From Iphione sp. A-MEVVRFRX5 (Eukaryota), in contig OZ320315.1 in assembly GCA_976226885.1 (NCBI GenBank), positions 68,324,001 through 68,388,000 of the forward strand: a stretch of 64,000 nt of DNA, written 5' to 3'. The notes under the pieces were generated by a model. That model saw only the letters and a list, made by a program, of their open reading frames with translations. It searched no databases and was not told the origin of the DNA. The position numbers and the translations under genes were made by a program. Shown here in pieces: positions 10,630 to 21,790 of the stretch. Position 1 is the first letter of the stretch. Every line of letters starts with the position of its first letter.

Positions 10630-13280
10630 ATCATGAAAGGACGTGTCTTTTGTTTTTGGAACATATGTAGTTTAATCTTAAAGCTGGAAGTAGTCAAATC
10701 ACTTCTGAGGGTGGTGGGGTCCTTTGTTATGTCCCTTCTAACATACACTCAGAAATGCTCAACAAAGATTGTATTGCTATTAATGACATGGAATGTATAT
10801 GGGTAAAGCTGCATGAACCACATAGAAAGACCCTAGTAATGGGAATGATCTATTGCCCACCACAAGGGGATTTGCATGAGTTGTATGCATACATAAAAGA
10901 TAAGATTGTGCAGTTTAAGCAGGAAGGAATTTCAGATATCATCCTGGGCAAAAACTTATTAACAGTCTAAATGACACAAAAAGCAAGAAAGAACTTCTGC
11001 GCCTCACAAATTCTCGTGGGTTGAATCAATATATTCATGAGCGAACTCTCATTAATGAGACTGCACTATCTTGTATTGATTTAATCTTTGCCATTTTAAA
11101 CACAATAAGTAGTAGTGGAACACTTGATGATGCTAGTAGTCATCATCTACCAACCCATGTGGTGGATAAGAAAGTAAGAGAGAGGGTCTGAAAGAAGGTA
11201 AAACAAGCAAGGGATTGGTCGAATTACTCTAAAACAATACTGTCAGAACATCTCTCTGACACAATAACAAACCTCGAGAATGATTCAGAAAATGGTGCGG
11301 AGATAAACTGGAGTTCCCTACAGGATGCCATCGAAAATGCGGTCACAATCCTGTGCCCCATTAAGAAGAGGATCCAGAAGGTGGGAGCTGAGTGGGTTGA
11401 CAGGGAACTAAGTGATTATTTTAGCAACAGGGATTACTTCCTTCAGCAGTTCAGAGCAACAGGTAATAAAGATTACTTTAGAATGTACAGATTTTACAAG
11501 TCTAAAGCAAAGAGGCATTGTTAAAAATTTAAAAAGTCATATTTTGCAAATAGACTGAGAATGTGTAGCGATACTCAGGAGTACTGGAATGTGATTAACA
11601 GCTTAATCCTGAAGAGGGATAAGACCTCACAGGAAATCAAATTAAAAGACAACAATGTTTGGGTAAGCTCAGATAAAGTCTCTCATATTCTAAATGAATA
11701 CTTCACCACACAACCAAAATCACTTGCAAGTAAGTTAACTGTAGTGACTAGTGACATAGACTACAATGCCAAGGGTTGGGAGCTAAGACCAGTGCATACA
11801 GGTGATGTTGTTAAGGTAATATGCAATCTTAGGTGCAACAAACCAAGTGGGTTTGATAACATCCCAATGAGAGTACTAAAAGAGGCACTACTCCTTGGAG
11901 AAAACGTAGTTCGAGATATCTTTAATGACTCAATAGGAAGTTCCTCAATTCCAAGTACATGGAAAATAGCCTGTGTATCTCCACTTTTCAAAAAGGGCTC
12001 ATCAACAGATAAGAAAAATTACGGACCAGTTGCCATCCTGCCTGTAATAGGCAAAGTCAAGAAGAGGCTAGTCTACAATCAGATGGCCGCTTATCTGGAT
12101 AGCATAAACTTTTTCAGTAAACTACAACATGGCTTCATGAAGGAATGAAGCACTGCCACAGCAGCTGCAGGCCTGTTAATGAATATACTAGAGGCGGTCA
12201 ATGACAATAGGCATGTGGGAGCAGTCTTTGTAGACATGACCAAGGCCTTTGATGTGGCTAATCACAACTTAATTTTGGATAAATTGGCAAAGGCTGCAAT
12301 AGGGGGGAAGACCCTTGAGTAGATGAGCTCCTACCTCAGAAATAGACATCAGTTCATAAGATGTAATGGTACATCATCTGACTTAAGAGACTTGGACCTA
12401 GGGGTTCCCCAGGGGAGCATGCTAGGTCCATTTCTCTTCAGTGTGTTGATCAATGATCTACCTGACTCACAGATAGTAATAAATTCCATCATGTATGCGG
12501 ACGATGTGACAGTATATGCAGTAGCATCAAATATGACAGCATTAAGATTGAAACTACAATGGGGTCTCCGAGATGTTGCTGACTGGATGGCAGGGAATGG
12601 CTTAATAATTAGTCCAGAAAAAAATACTACATGCTATTTGGAAAAAGCAGGCAATTTGACCTAGACCTAGCATTTGAAGGTAAGTCTCTACTAAAATGTA
12701 AAGAATATAAATTCTTGGGATTCCATTTGAATGATGCTCTTAACTGGTATTCACTTTCAGACCAACTTTGCAGAACTACCAGGAGTCGGGGGTACTATCT
12801 AAACAAAATGGCATGGCGTCTACCATTCCAAGATAAAGGTAGACTATTCAAGAGTTTCCTGTTGTCTCTGTATGACTAAAGTCTACCGTTTATAGCTGGA
12901 GGCAATAAGAGAGTGATGGACGAATTGCAGATTAACTGCATCAGGGTTATGCAAAACATGACAATTGGTAAAAGGTGTTAGATTCAGTCCAATATCTCAA
13001 TTCGAAGGAGGTTGCATCTGGAGTCACTCCAAGTGTGAGGGACTAGACTAATGTTGTGTCTGATTCATAGGCTTTACTTGATTGGACTATTGAAGGAGAA
13101 AGCCAGGAAAGGGAGGGCAAGGACAAGGTTGAGCTTGGAACGAGTACTGAATGTAAGTAAACCATGAACATCTATTTACAGGACATCTTTTTATATGCAG
13201 AGATAGAGCTGAGCAACGAATTGCTGGTGGCCATCAAACCTAAGTGGCATTCAAGCGTCGACTAACGAGGATGGCGCCAA
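10630..13280 (+). mobile_element. Decayed CR1/L2-superfamily LINE ORF2 (APE endonuclease plus RT) with stops, frameshifts and deletions
   Basis: Endonuclease motifs WNICSL, GGGVLCYV, ECIWVKL..GMIYCPP, SCIDLIF. RT motifs KPSGFDNIP, VSPLFKKG, LQHGF, VFVDMTKAFDVANH, GVPQGSMLGPFLF..INDL, MYADD, YKFLG. In-frame stops at about 12146 and 12319; frameshift near 12640. Confidence 0.92.
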
Positions 13281-13743
13281 GTCAAAGATGATGCCGATTC
13301 ATTCATATCAGCACTTTTCCTAGGTTTCTGACTCTTAGATCTGGTCATAATTTGGCTTTTCATATGGAGTACTTGATATGCACATCTGCACACACCATTA
13401 GAACATGGTGGGTTAGGCGATAGCGATAGGACTACTAGTTTGTATATATAGAGGTTGGCTGAGTCTTACTCAGGAGTGCTACCATGTGATGTGTGACACA
13501 CCACTGGGGATGATGACTCAGTTCAGCCATGTGGTGTCAAGCACAGTCAATATCAAAACAAAGCCATCTTGGAGGGCCAGTAGTAAATGACTTAAAATGT
13601 CAAATTCTGGCCAAGATCAAGTGAAGTAGACACCTTGTGTGGTCCAGCAAGTACTTAGATCACTTGAAACTGGCTAAAAAGTACTCTCCCCTCTGACATT
13701 ATGATCAGTGAAACAGGTAGCAATGATGTATTTTCGCACTTAA

Positions 13744-14278
13744 GGCCCAGTTTCCATACCTGTGTTGTATGTGTGTGCATTTTGTATAAGCATGGTCATT
13801 TCAATGGGGGGTGTCCTTTCTGTGTGTGTGTATTGTGCAAATCCTTTCCTTTGTCCAATATCATTTCATGCACACACAGACTCCTGGAGAGTAGCATAGA
13901 GCAGATGGTCTTTGAATCAGGCACATTTCCTCATATTTCCTAAATTTAAATCCCTTTCCCCATCATTTCCACAAATTTCTGCACAAATCCGTCCTTGCTT
14001 ATCATTTTCCCCATCATTTTGACTATTTTTTCATGGTTTTTAGCATCATATTTGCCCTTTTGTTATAATTCTGCCATCATTTTTGCCGTTTGTCTTTTTT
14101 ATCACCAAATTCGTCCTTTTTCATACTTTCCATTTCAGTTTCATGCAGCCTAACACAGCCACAATGCACCCTCAAAAGATACCCTTGTCTGGGAGCCTGA
14201 GGGGGAAAAATGCATGGTGACACACACAGACAGCTCCTGAAGGCTCCTGCTCCCTCCCCCAAGTAAGGAAACTGGGCC
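13744..14278. mobile_element. PIF/Harbinger-like MITE, family B
   Basis: 16-bp TIR GGCCCAGTTTCCATAC versus GGCCCAGTTTCCTTAC (15/16). Flanks are TAA (left) and TTA (right). The interior is shared with 31120-31490, and the TIR with 61255-61809. Confidence 0.7.
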
Positions 14279-15290
14279 TTACCAACAACACCTGCTTTAA
14301 CACTGTTTACTTTCTGCTGGTTCCTGCAGGTGGCTCTACTACAAGAGCGTCACTGGGATATAAAAAGGCAGTTGGTTAGTTACATGTGGTTGAGGGCATC
14401 CTGTGTGGTTAGTTTCACATGACTGAAACTACAAATCTATGTGGCATGAAAACTGGGGCGTTCTAACTGTGAGCTTGCATTGCATGCATGGGTGCTTGCT
14501 ACCACTCCCTCTCCCTCTGTGTCAAAATCATGGTGACATGTCAACATGGATGGCCCAAACATGTATAGACAAATATCGAGGCATGGAAAGTAAGACAGTC
14601 CTTTTAACCAGCAGATGGCCCCTGACTAGGTAATGGGACCTTGTCAGCTCTCCTGGTAACGCATTATTCCCTGCTCATGTTGTATGCTTCTCACAATACC
14701 ACAGTCTCATATCATGCATCTGTATAGAAATACTGCATAAGCCTGCAGTATAGAGGACCAAACTGTTGAAATGCATTCCATTTTAATAAAAAAAAGATGG
14801 TGGAGGTGTGTCAACTTGACTTTTGTTAAGAGAAATACAGGTAGAGTAGGTTCTTTTTAGTAAAAATAAGCTTAAAATTATTTACATTTAACATACAGCA
14901 TACAGTTTTGCCATTCGTAGATGGGACATATTTTCATTTGTGTGAAGATGTTTAGTTCACAGTATCATGCTTGCCACAAACCAGGAGTAAACAAAGAATT
15001 CACCCAATGCACATACTCAGTAGGTTATTTTGTGTGTCAGATATGTGCAGTACCCTCATTCTTTGGTGAACTCCTTGGCAAGTTGGAAAATATGTATCGA
15101 CAAAAAACCCTCCAAATAGGGATGTTTCTATTAATTGCACATATAAACAGGTTGGGGAATAAAGACAATACCACACTTTAGTGGTTGGGATGTCAATTAG
15201 CATTCATTTTCGCATACCACACAAAGCCACAGGCTGAGTGCAGTCTTCTTGAAGTATGGTCATTCTTTCCCGGCATATCGAAGAAGGATA

Positions 15291-15480
15291 GGGCCCTGCA
15301 CAAATAGGTGTGTTTCTCGTTACCTCACCCTACCTAAAATCTTTTTGGCCACCTATAGTTCCCAAGACTTACTTTTCTTAGATGCATGTTTTCACAACAT
15401 GTTTTTGATACAAAAACAACAAAATCCATGCAAAATCAGCAAAAAAGTGTAAAACTCATGCAAATTAGAAAAAATAGAAG
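15291..15480. mobile_element. Diverged partial relative of MITE family A (left part only)
   Basis: AAATAGGTGTGTTTC..CCTCACCCTACCTAAA..TTTTGGCC..AAAACAACAAAATCCATG..GTAAAACTCAT matches 8440-8630. No right TIR found. Confidence 0.65.
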
Positions 15481-16711
15481 ATAACAGTAAATTTCAGGTA
15501 AACTGGGTCAGAACAAAGCAAAATTAATACCATTTTGGCTGAAAAATAAAAAAAACAGTGAAATCCTGGCATATTTTGCAGAAAATTAGCAAAAGTGGGA
15601 ACCTTTCCAATCCGAAACCATAGTGGCACATACATGAAAACATGCTACATGTACTGTACACACTACACAGCACACGTATAAGGAAGCAATCATGGCCGTG
15701 AAAATACTTCAAAGGAAATTCACAATTTAGGTGAGAGACAGGAGAAGAGAAGTACATAAGGCCAATAAAAATATATGTTAAATCTTCAACTTTAGTCAAG
15801 CAATGTGAATTACTTGCATATGTACCTCTTTTTGGCTACGAGGTTGCTTCAACATTAAGATTAATCCAAAATCTTGCACTTTCAACCACGCAGGCTGGTG
15901 TTCTCTAATTCGTCTTGCGTATGTGGTCAGTACAATACCTCGATGAGGGCACACAACCCGTACATGGGTGTTCCGTGCCATTGCTTATTTTCAGTTCACT
16001 GAATGGCCAACAGCAGATCTCTATCAACACCATGCATCAAAGATACGTAAGTCGCTTGAACACGAAGAAATATTGAAAACAAAATATTCCATGCATATTT
16101 AAATGATTCCCCAGGGTGACTGGTTGGTTGGCACATTGTTAATAAGCGCAATATGTATGATTTAGTCCCTTCGATGTTTGATCATGGTAATTGCTTGAGG
16201 GGCAATTTGGTTGCACCTGGATGAATCTATAGGCTGAAGATGTTGTTCGGGGGTCTGGTGCAGATTTATCTTGGGATGGAGTGTCGTAACGACAATAAGT
16301 CGATCAAACTTTACACAATAGAGGGCGAGGAAAGACTAACACCTCACACACACGGCCGGACGTTGTTCGTATGCGTGGCTGGTGTATTGTTTATGTACAA
16401 TCCATCAGAGACCGCCACCTGCCATATTTAAATTGGAATAACCCAGTTGAGCTAGTGCAGTCGATAGGTGGTGTGAGAAGATCGCCACCTATTGGAGTTT
16501 CAGGTGCATAAATTTTAGCGGAATGATCTAACTCTATCGCAAACGTTGCCGCGACCGCTGACTTAAAACAGGTAGTAGAAGACCAGCATCTTATGTAGTA
16601 ACAAAAAAACATCCTGTCTCGAAACTATGCAGGATTGTTGTTTTATGATTATGTTATTTGTAAATAGTCTGTATATATAGAAATACAGAGTCCGATGAGT
16701 TCCCGGGGTTA

Positions 16712-16937
16712 CACAGGGGGTGTCACCTATACTGGTGAAGCGTTATTGGGTGCTCTGAATTCTTGGTGAAACGTTATTTACTCTCCTAAATCATGGTGAA
16801 GCGTTATTTAGCATTTTCTGGTGATTGGGGATCAGGAAATCAATTCTTGGTGAAGCGTTATGTGCTCTTTTTTTAAGCGTTATGAGTAATTTGATTTCTT
16901 GGTGAAGCGCTATTGGGTACCCCTTGACCCCCCCTGT
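16712..16937. mobile_element. 226-bp non-autonomous DNA transposon, Chapaev-like (CMC superfamily)
   Basis: TIRs CACAGGGGGTGTCA and (reverse complement) CACAGGGGGGTCA give 5'-CAC...GTG-3' termini. 4-bp TSD GTTA at 16708-16711 and 16938-16941. The interior carries 5 near-complete and 2 partial copies of TGGTGAAGCGTTA. Confidence 0.75.
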
Positions 16938-17754
16938 GGTTACAGTAGCTTGGTGATGTATACCTCTCCATGCTAGTTCTTTGTTTCCATACTGGTGTGC
17001 TGTTATGACGTTGGAGAATTCCATGACAACCGACATTCACTGCTAGAATGTTCACTTGTGAGAGGTCATCTCATTCACCATCGGCATGTATTGTAAGGAA
17101 TGTCAACTCAACCATCATCTTCCTGTTGGCAAAGAGATACCTGGCTAAGATAATGCGAAGCGTTTGGAGAATTCTGTGGGAATTAACGACTTAAATTCCT
17201 GTCTGTCGAGGCTCGAATCATTGATTGAAGTGCCTGTGGCCAGCGTTTCAGCTCCATCAAGAGGTAGAAGGAACAAACCTGTTAAGGATAAAGAGTCTAG
17301 CTCCTCTTCCAGTAGAGAGAGCAAGAGCTATTTGGATTCTGACATTGAATAATTGCTGAAGCCCAATTACAAAGATTTCTGATATTAACTCAAGACCACT
17401 GTACTTCTCTTGAGCATATTTGTGCAGTTTTTTATTTTAACCTTTTTTTTTAACTTTGTTAGAGAGTTGTCCTCTTAAGGGATAGGGGAAGCTGGTTCCA
17501 ATTTTGTATGCTTTGGTAAAGGTATCAATGTTTGAAATGTTCTGTTTTATGCCTGTGTGGTTTCATATACAATCCTCACCTACCTGGATGCACCTGGGTC
17601 TGGTAATTGTCATCTCTCCTGAGAACTCTACTATGTGTTAGTGATGTAAGGAGAAATATTGTCCTATTTTCAATAGCAGGGATTTTTAGCTGACTCAGTT
17701 TCTTTGTACAAAGGTTTGGTTTTTTTTACACCTAGGGCTATCTTATATGAAATT

Positions 17755-17930
17755 ATAGTTGACTGAGTATGCTGCCTTGTGGGACTCCACATGTTACCTC
17801 TGCAGGTAATGATGATGTGCCATTGGGTAATACTTGCTATTTCCTCCCAGACAAATAGTTTAAAGCCAACACAGCGAGTCTTTTACTCCAATTATTTGCA
17901 ATCTTTTCAGTAGAATCTGGCGGATCATGT
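17755..17930 (-). mobile_element. CR1/L2-type LINE RT fragment
   Basis: The - strand reads LQIIGVKDSLCWL / NYLSGRK*QVLPNGTSSLPAEVTCGVPQGSILS. Confidence 0.7.
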
Positions 17931-18479
17931 GAATTGGCAAGAAGTTCTGCGATGTAAATCTAATTCATGATGGTATTCCTGCATCAGTTAATATGTACAT
18001 AGTGAAGTTTCATTAGCATAAAGTTATCACTGAGTTGTGTTTGAATGAGTATGTGTAGTCAAACAATAGGGCATTGGTGATCATCTTCTCACTGTTCTGT
18101 TAGACGAAGGTAGAAACGATATACATGTACCTAAATTTGAAAGATCCATTCACAATTGTTGCAATTGTTAGTACTTCTTTGATGGTATCATTTGTAAGGT
18201 AAATCCCCGTCGTTGCATTTCTGCCTTGTGCTAAAACCCTATGGATATTGAAGATGTTAAACTATTATGGTTTAGCATTACTGAAGTGCTTATAATTGTG
18301 GATGATGGGTACGAAACTTGATATGATTCTGGTAATTATAAATCTATTCTATCTGATGATTTCATTTTTGACATAAGTTAAAAAGAAAATAAAAATGGAA
18401 CTGGAGAAAGGTTTAATGTCTAAATGCAAGTTGTAATAATGGCTTGGATGGTAAGCTAAAAGTGATGGTTTGTTAAAGC

Positions 18480-18920
18480 GATAGACTGTTCGATGAGAAA
18501 GTGATCATAAAACAATTTTGTTGATAATGTTGATGATTACCTCAAAGATGATGTGTTTTATGTTCATAACATACATTAATAATGCACATAGGAGTGTCCA
18601 TATCTACCTACATCACAGATGTTTCAAGGCTTTGCTTGGGATTTGATGTAAATAATACTCTATGCTTCGGCCACAAATGTGTACCATATATGTTTTTGAA
18701 AATATTTGATGTTATCTAAAAAAACGAGAGAGTGTGTGACTTCTTTGAGAGTGTATCATTGGTGTTATAAAGCCATTTGGATTGAAGTAGCCTACAATCA
18801 AGTCCTCGATCTATGTACTACTTACGAACGTCTTGGTATCAGCATTGATTCCATTGATATGGAATTGATATTCACAGCTGATAAAATTGTACATGCAAAA
18901 GAACAATTTTAGAAGTATTC
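18480..18920 (-). mobile_element. Heavily decayed RT-like remnant, possibly Penelope-type
   Basis: Broken-frame pieces such as LYNTNDTL, VLFTSNP and NHQHYQQ weakly recall the PLE RT motifs DTxDFL, SLYTxIP and FNxxxYxQ. It lies next to clear Penelope endonuclease remnants. Confidence 0.3.
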
Positions 18921-19116
18921 AGTTTAGACAAAGCATGTAAAAAGGACATAGAAAGCTGTCTGGTTTCTTAAGTGAATGTACAATTGAGACGCATGTATCA
19001 GTTTGTCTGATTTTACTCCATGGATGCACTGTCCACTATTGGACCAACATAATGGTACCAAAATTTCAGAATGGCAATGGAGTGTGGTAGGACCTAGTCT
19101 GTGGAATTAATGAGCT

Positions 19117-19272
19117 GATCACCAGCGGCGAAAGAAGCAGGTAGTGCAGACGTAACTTTTATGTAACTGTGACATTGTCTCAATTTTAAGGAATCTGATT
19201 GGTCGATTCACATCATGTTTTAATTCATAAAAATTACGTCCGCACTACCCGCTACTTCAATGTTCAGTGATC
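19117..19272. mobile_element. Small fold-back element or MITE (about 156 bp)
   Basis: 24-bp inverted repeat 19140-19163 versus 19226-19249 with 2 mismatches, plus outer GATCAC/GTGATC at 19117 and 19272. Confidence 0.6.
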
Positions 19273-19339
19273 GGTCCATTCTGTGCACAGACAGACCATG
19301 AGGTCATCAATAGTATACATGTAAGAACTAATAATTTCA

Positions 19340-19425
19340 AGAAGCTTGTAACTAATGGATGGGCTTACAGGGACCCTGGTTTACTACATGATGTTTAGGC
19401 CACTTGGTGTAAGCGTTCTGAGTTA
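19340..19425 (-). mobile_element. Inverted Penelope-like 3' end (LRTLTPSGLNIM* plus 3' UTR)
   Basis: The reverse complement aligns to 19795-19872 with 13 mismatches over 78 nt by eye. Confidence 0.75.
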
Positions 19426-19529
19426 GAGTTGGCGACTTTGTCCACTCATGAACAAGACTGGCAATGAAAAGATACACAACAGCACAATAGAGGTACCAAC
19501 ACTAGTAAATATAAACTGCCAAAGTAACA

Positions 19530-19880
19530 ACCTTGTGTACCTCATCACTTCCTGTGATTGGAATACAGTACGTAGGCCAAAGGCAGAACACTCTGTTCGA
19601 GAGATTTACAAACCATCGGTCTGACATAAAGTGCTCAACAGACACTACAGTAGCTAGACACTATACCAGCAGCAGTATACATCCACCAAAAGAATGGAAA
19701 GGTCTATGCATTAGCATGCTAGAATTCTTCAGAACACCCAACACACGTGAATTCAAAGCCACCCACGGAAAACTAGAGCGCCGATAGATATACCAACTCA
19801 GAATGGTTATACCAAGTGGCCTCAACCTCCTGGACTAAAGCGGGGTCCCTGTAAGCCCAACCATTCATTACACACCAATT
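19530..19880 (+). mobile_element. Penelope-like element GIY-YIG endonuclease C-terminal remnant
   Basis: GIQYVGQRQNTLFERFTNHRSDIK..VARHY..LCISMLE..KLERR*IYQLRMVIPSGLNLLD*. This is the typical PLE YVGxT..R..H..VAxH..E..WI..L.T..P.GLN pattern, with TGG mutated to TAG. Confidence 0.85.
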
Positions 19881-20099
19881 CTTATTGTAAATGTGAAGAG
19901 CAGTGTCTTGTGACTTGGTTAAAAGTTGAAAATAATTTCTGAAGATGTCAATAGTGATAATTATGGTTTCCTCTTTTCGTGATTGTAAAGAAAGTATATA
20001 AAAATCTACAGTTGAAATCCTTTTTGTGACCAAATTCACCATTGAAACCATTTGAACTTGGTACAGAGTGGTGGTCGCAAAATTAATAGGCTTTCGACT

Positions 20100-20240
20100 G
20101 TATTTGTGTTTTCAGGGACAGCCTAATGGGAGCTACTGATGTTTGAAGTTTTGGCGGAGTAATCTTCCACTTTTTTCGGAGGGGAGGTGTTAGCTTTCTT
20201 GCTAAAAATGATGTTTCTATGCAAGATGTACTTACCTCTC
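20100..20240 (+). mobile_element. Possible DIRS/Ngaro-type tyrosine recombinase remnant
   Basis: 20165-20230 translates FHFFRRGGVSFLAKNDVSMQDV, like the HSFRRGGA(S/T) catalytic box. The frame is interrupted on both sides. Confidence 0.35.
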
Positions 20241-20594
20241 CATGCCAATGCTTGGTTCCATAGTAATGTATTATTATGACGTTGGAGTATTTCATCTCAA
20301 CCGTCTCCTGATATCCCCGAACTTCGACAGCTCACAGTAAGATAGCAGACACACTGATGTGCTGACACCTATGGGCACAACATATCCGTCCAGGTGGCGC
20401 ATTATGTCTGAAGCTAACATGACGATACTTAGACTGAACTGAACCCTGTATATGGCCAGACATACCTTTTTCACGATTCTAAAAACTTAAGATAAATGGG
20501 GTCACATTGTTAATAAAACAAAAAACTCTTGTTTATTTAACCTGCACGATCAATCTTCGATTGCAGAATTTTCATACCATTTTCTCAAAATTAG

Positions 20595-21790
20595 TTTTTT
20601 TTTTTTTTTTTATATTGCTTTATTTACCCTGATAATTATATACAGTACGTACGTTTTCTCAGGTCTCTTTCATAACTTTCTGCATTCAGGTATAATGATA
20701 TTTACAATGGGATATTAATGCACGAGATTGTATATACAGGACTATGTACAGGCGGTTGGAAGTTGATTATTTAAACCAATTACGAAGAATTAGGGAGTTG
20801 TTGGTTGGTTTTACTCATAGCATTTTCCATTCTGTTTCGACTGGACAGTCGCCCTTGTCGAGACGATGGTTTTACTCATAGCATTTTCCTTTCTGTTTCG
20901 ACTGGACAGTCGCCCTTGTCGAGACGATGGTTACTCATTCATCGCTTTACCAGCTGGACAATAACCCTTGCTGGTACAGTTTACCCTTACATATTGCCTG
21001 GCTGTCTATCTTGGTGTATTTTTGCAACAACTTTACTTACTCTTTTTCGGAATCTCGTTGTTGATAGGTCCATCATTTCTTGGGGAAGATTGTTCCACAT
21101 TTTTGATCCTTTGTAGGCAATGCTGCATTTGTACGATTCGAAGAGTGGCCTTTCTAGTTGGAAGCATGGTTTTTCAGCTGCCCGGGTGCCTTCCCTCCGA
21201 GCCACCATCATCGTTTCTCCGTTCCTGTGTCGGGTATGCATCAGTTGTAATAACTTTTTGTCTCTACGTTCCTCTAGGCTTTTGCATCCACTTCATCTCA
21301 TTGCATCTGATGTTCTCACTGGTGTACTCCAGGCGGCACGTATAATCTTGTTATACACGCGCCGGAGGCCTTGGAATGTGAGCGCTCGATTGTTTGGGAA
21401 CAATATAATTCCATATTCCATGATGGGCAGAATGGTCGTCTTCATTATTAGAATTCTTTCCCGGAGTCGAAGTACATTTTTGATCCACTTGTAGTAGTAC
21501 AATTTAGCGCCCAGTTCCTTTATTGTCAAGTCTGCCTGTTTGCTGTAGGTAAGACATTGATCTATCGTTACTCCTAGGTAGTTGTAACACTCTACGTTTT
21601 GGAGTTCTTGAGTTCCGAGACGGAGTTTCGGCGAGTCTCTGGGTGGAAAGCGATATCTATACCACATTGCCTTTGTTTTGTTCACGTTGATGCAGATTTT
21701 GTTTTCTAATGTCCATTTCATGATGTTGTTTATGTCTTGCTGAATATGTTCAACTACTCCGGCAACGCAGTCAGTGGTAGTTATGCACAG
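20595..21790 (-). mobile_element. 5'-truncated CR1/L2-type LINE with 3' UTR and poly(A) tail
   Basis: Near-open C-terminal ORF2 (QQDINNIMKWTLENKICINVNKTKAM..YNYLGVTID..LPIMEYG..one TGA..KGSKMWNNLP), ending at about 20987. On the - strand, AATAAA is followed by A17 (T-run at 20595-20611). Confidence 0.88.
20806..20937. repeat. Tandem duplication, 2 x 61 bp, in the LINE 3' UTR
   Basis: Units start at 20806 and 20867 (one substitution), with a partial third unit at 20928. Confidence 0.92.

Noticed and set aside
16730-16915. Short direct repeats with unique spacers, superficially CRISPR-like
   Set aside because: The repeat is only 13 bp, spacing is irregular, the context is eukaryotic with no cas genes, and it is fully explained as the interior of a TIR/TSD-bounded element.
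19939-19975. Hammerhead ribozyme core (CTGAAGA plus a short stem) downstream of the Penelope 3' end
   Set aside because: The GAAA half of the core and stems I/III could not be found; at most a decayed remnant.
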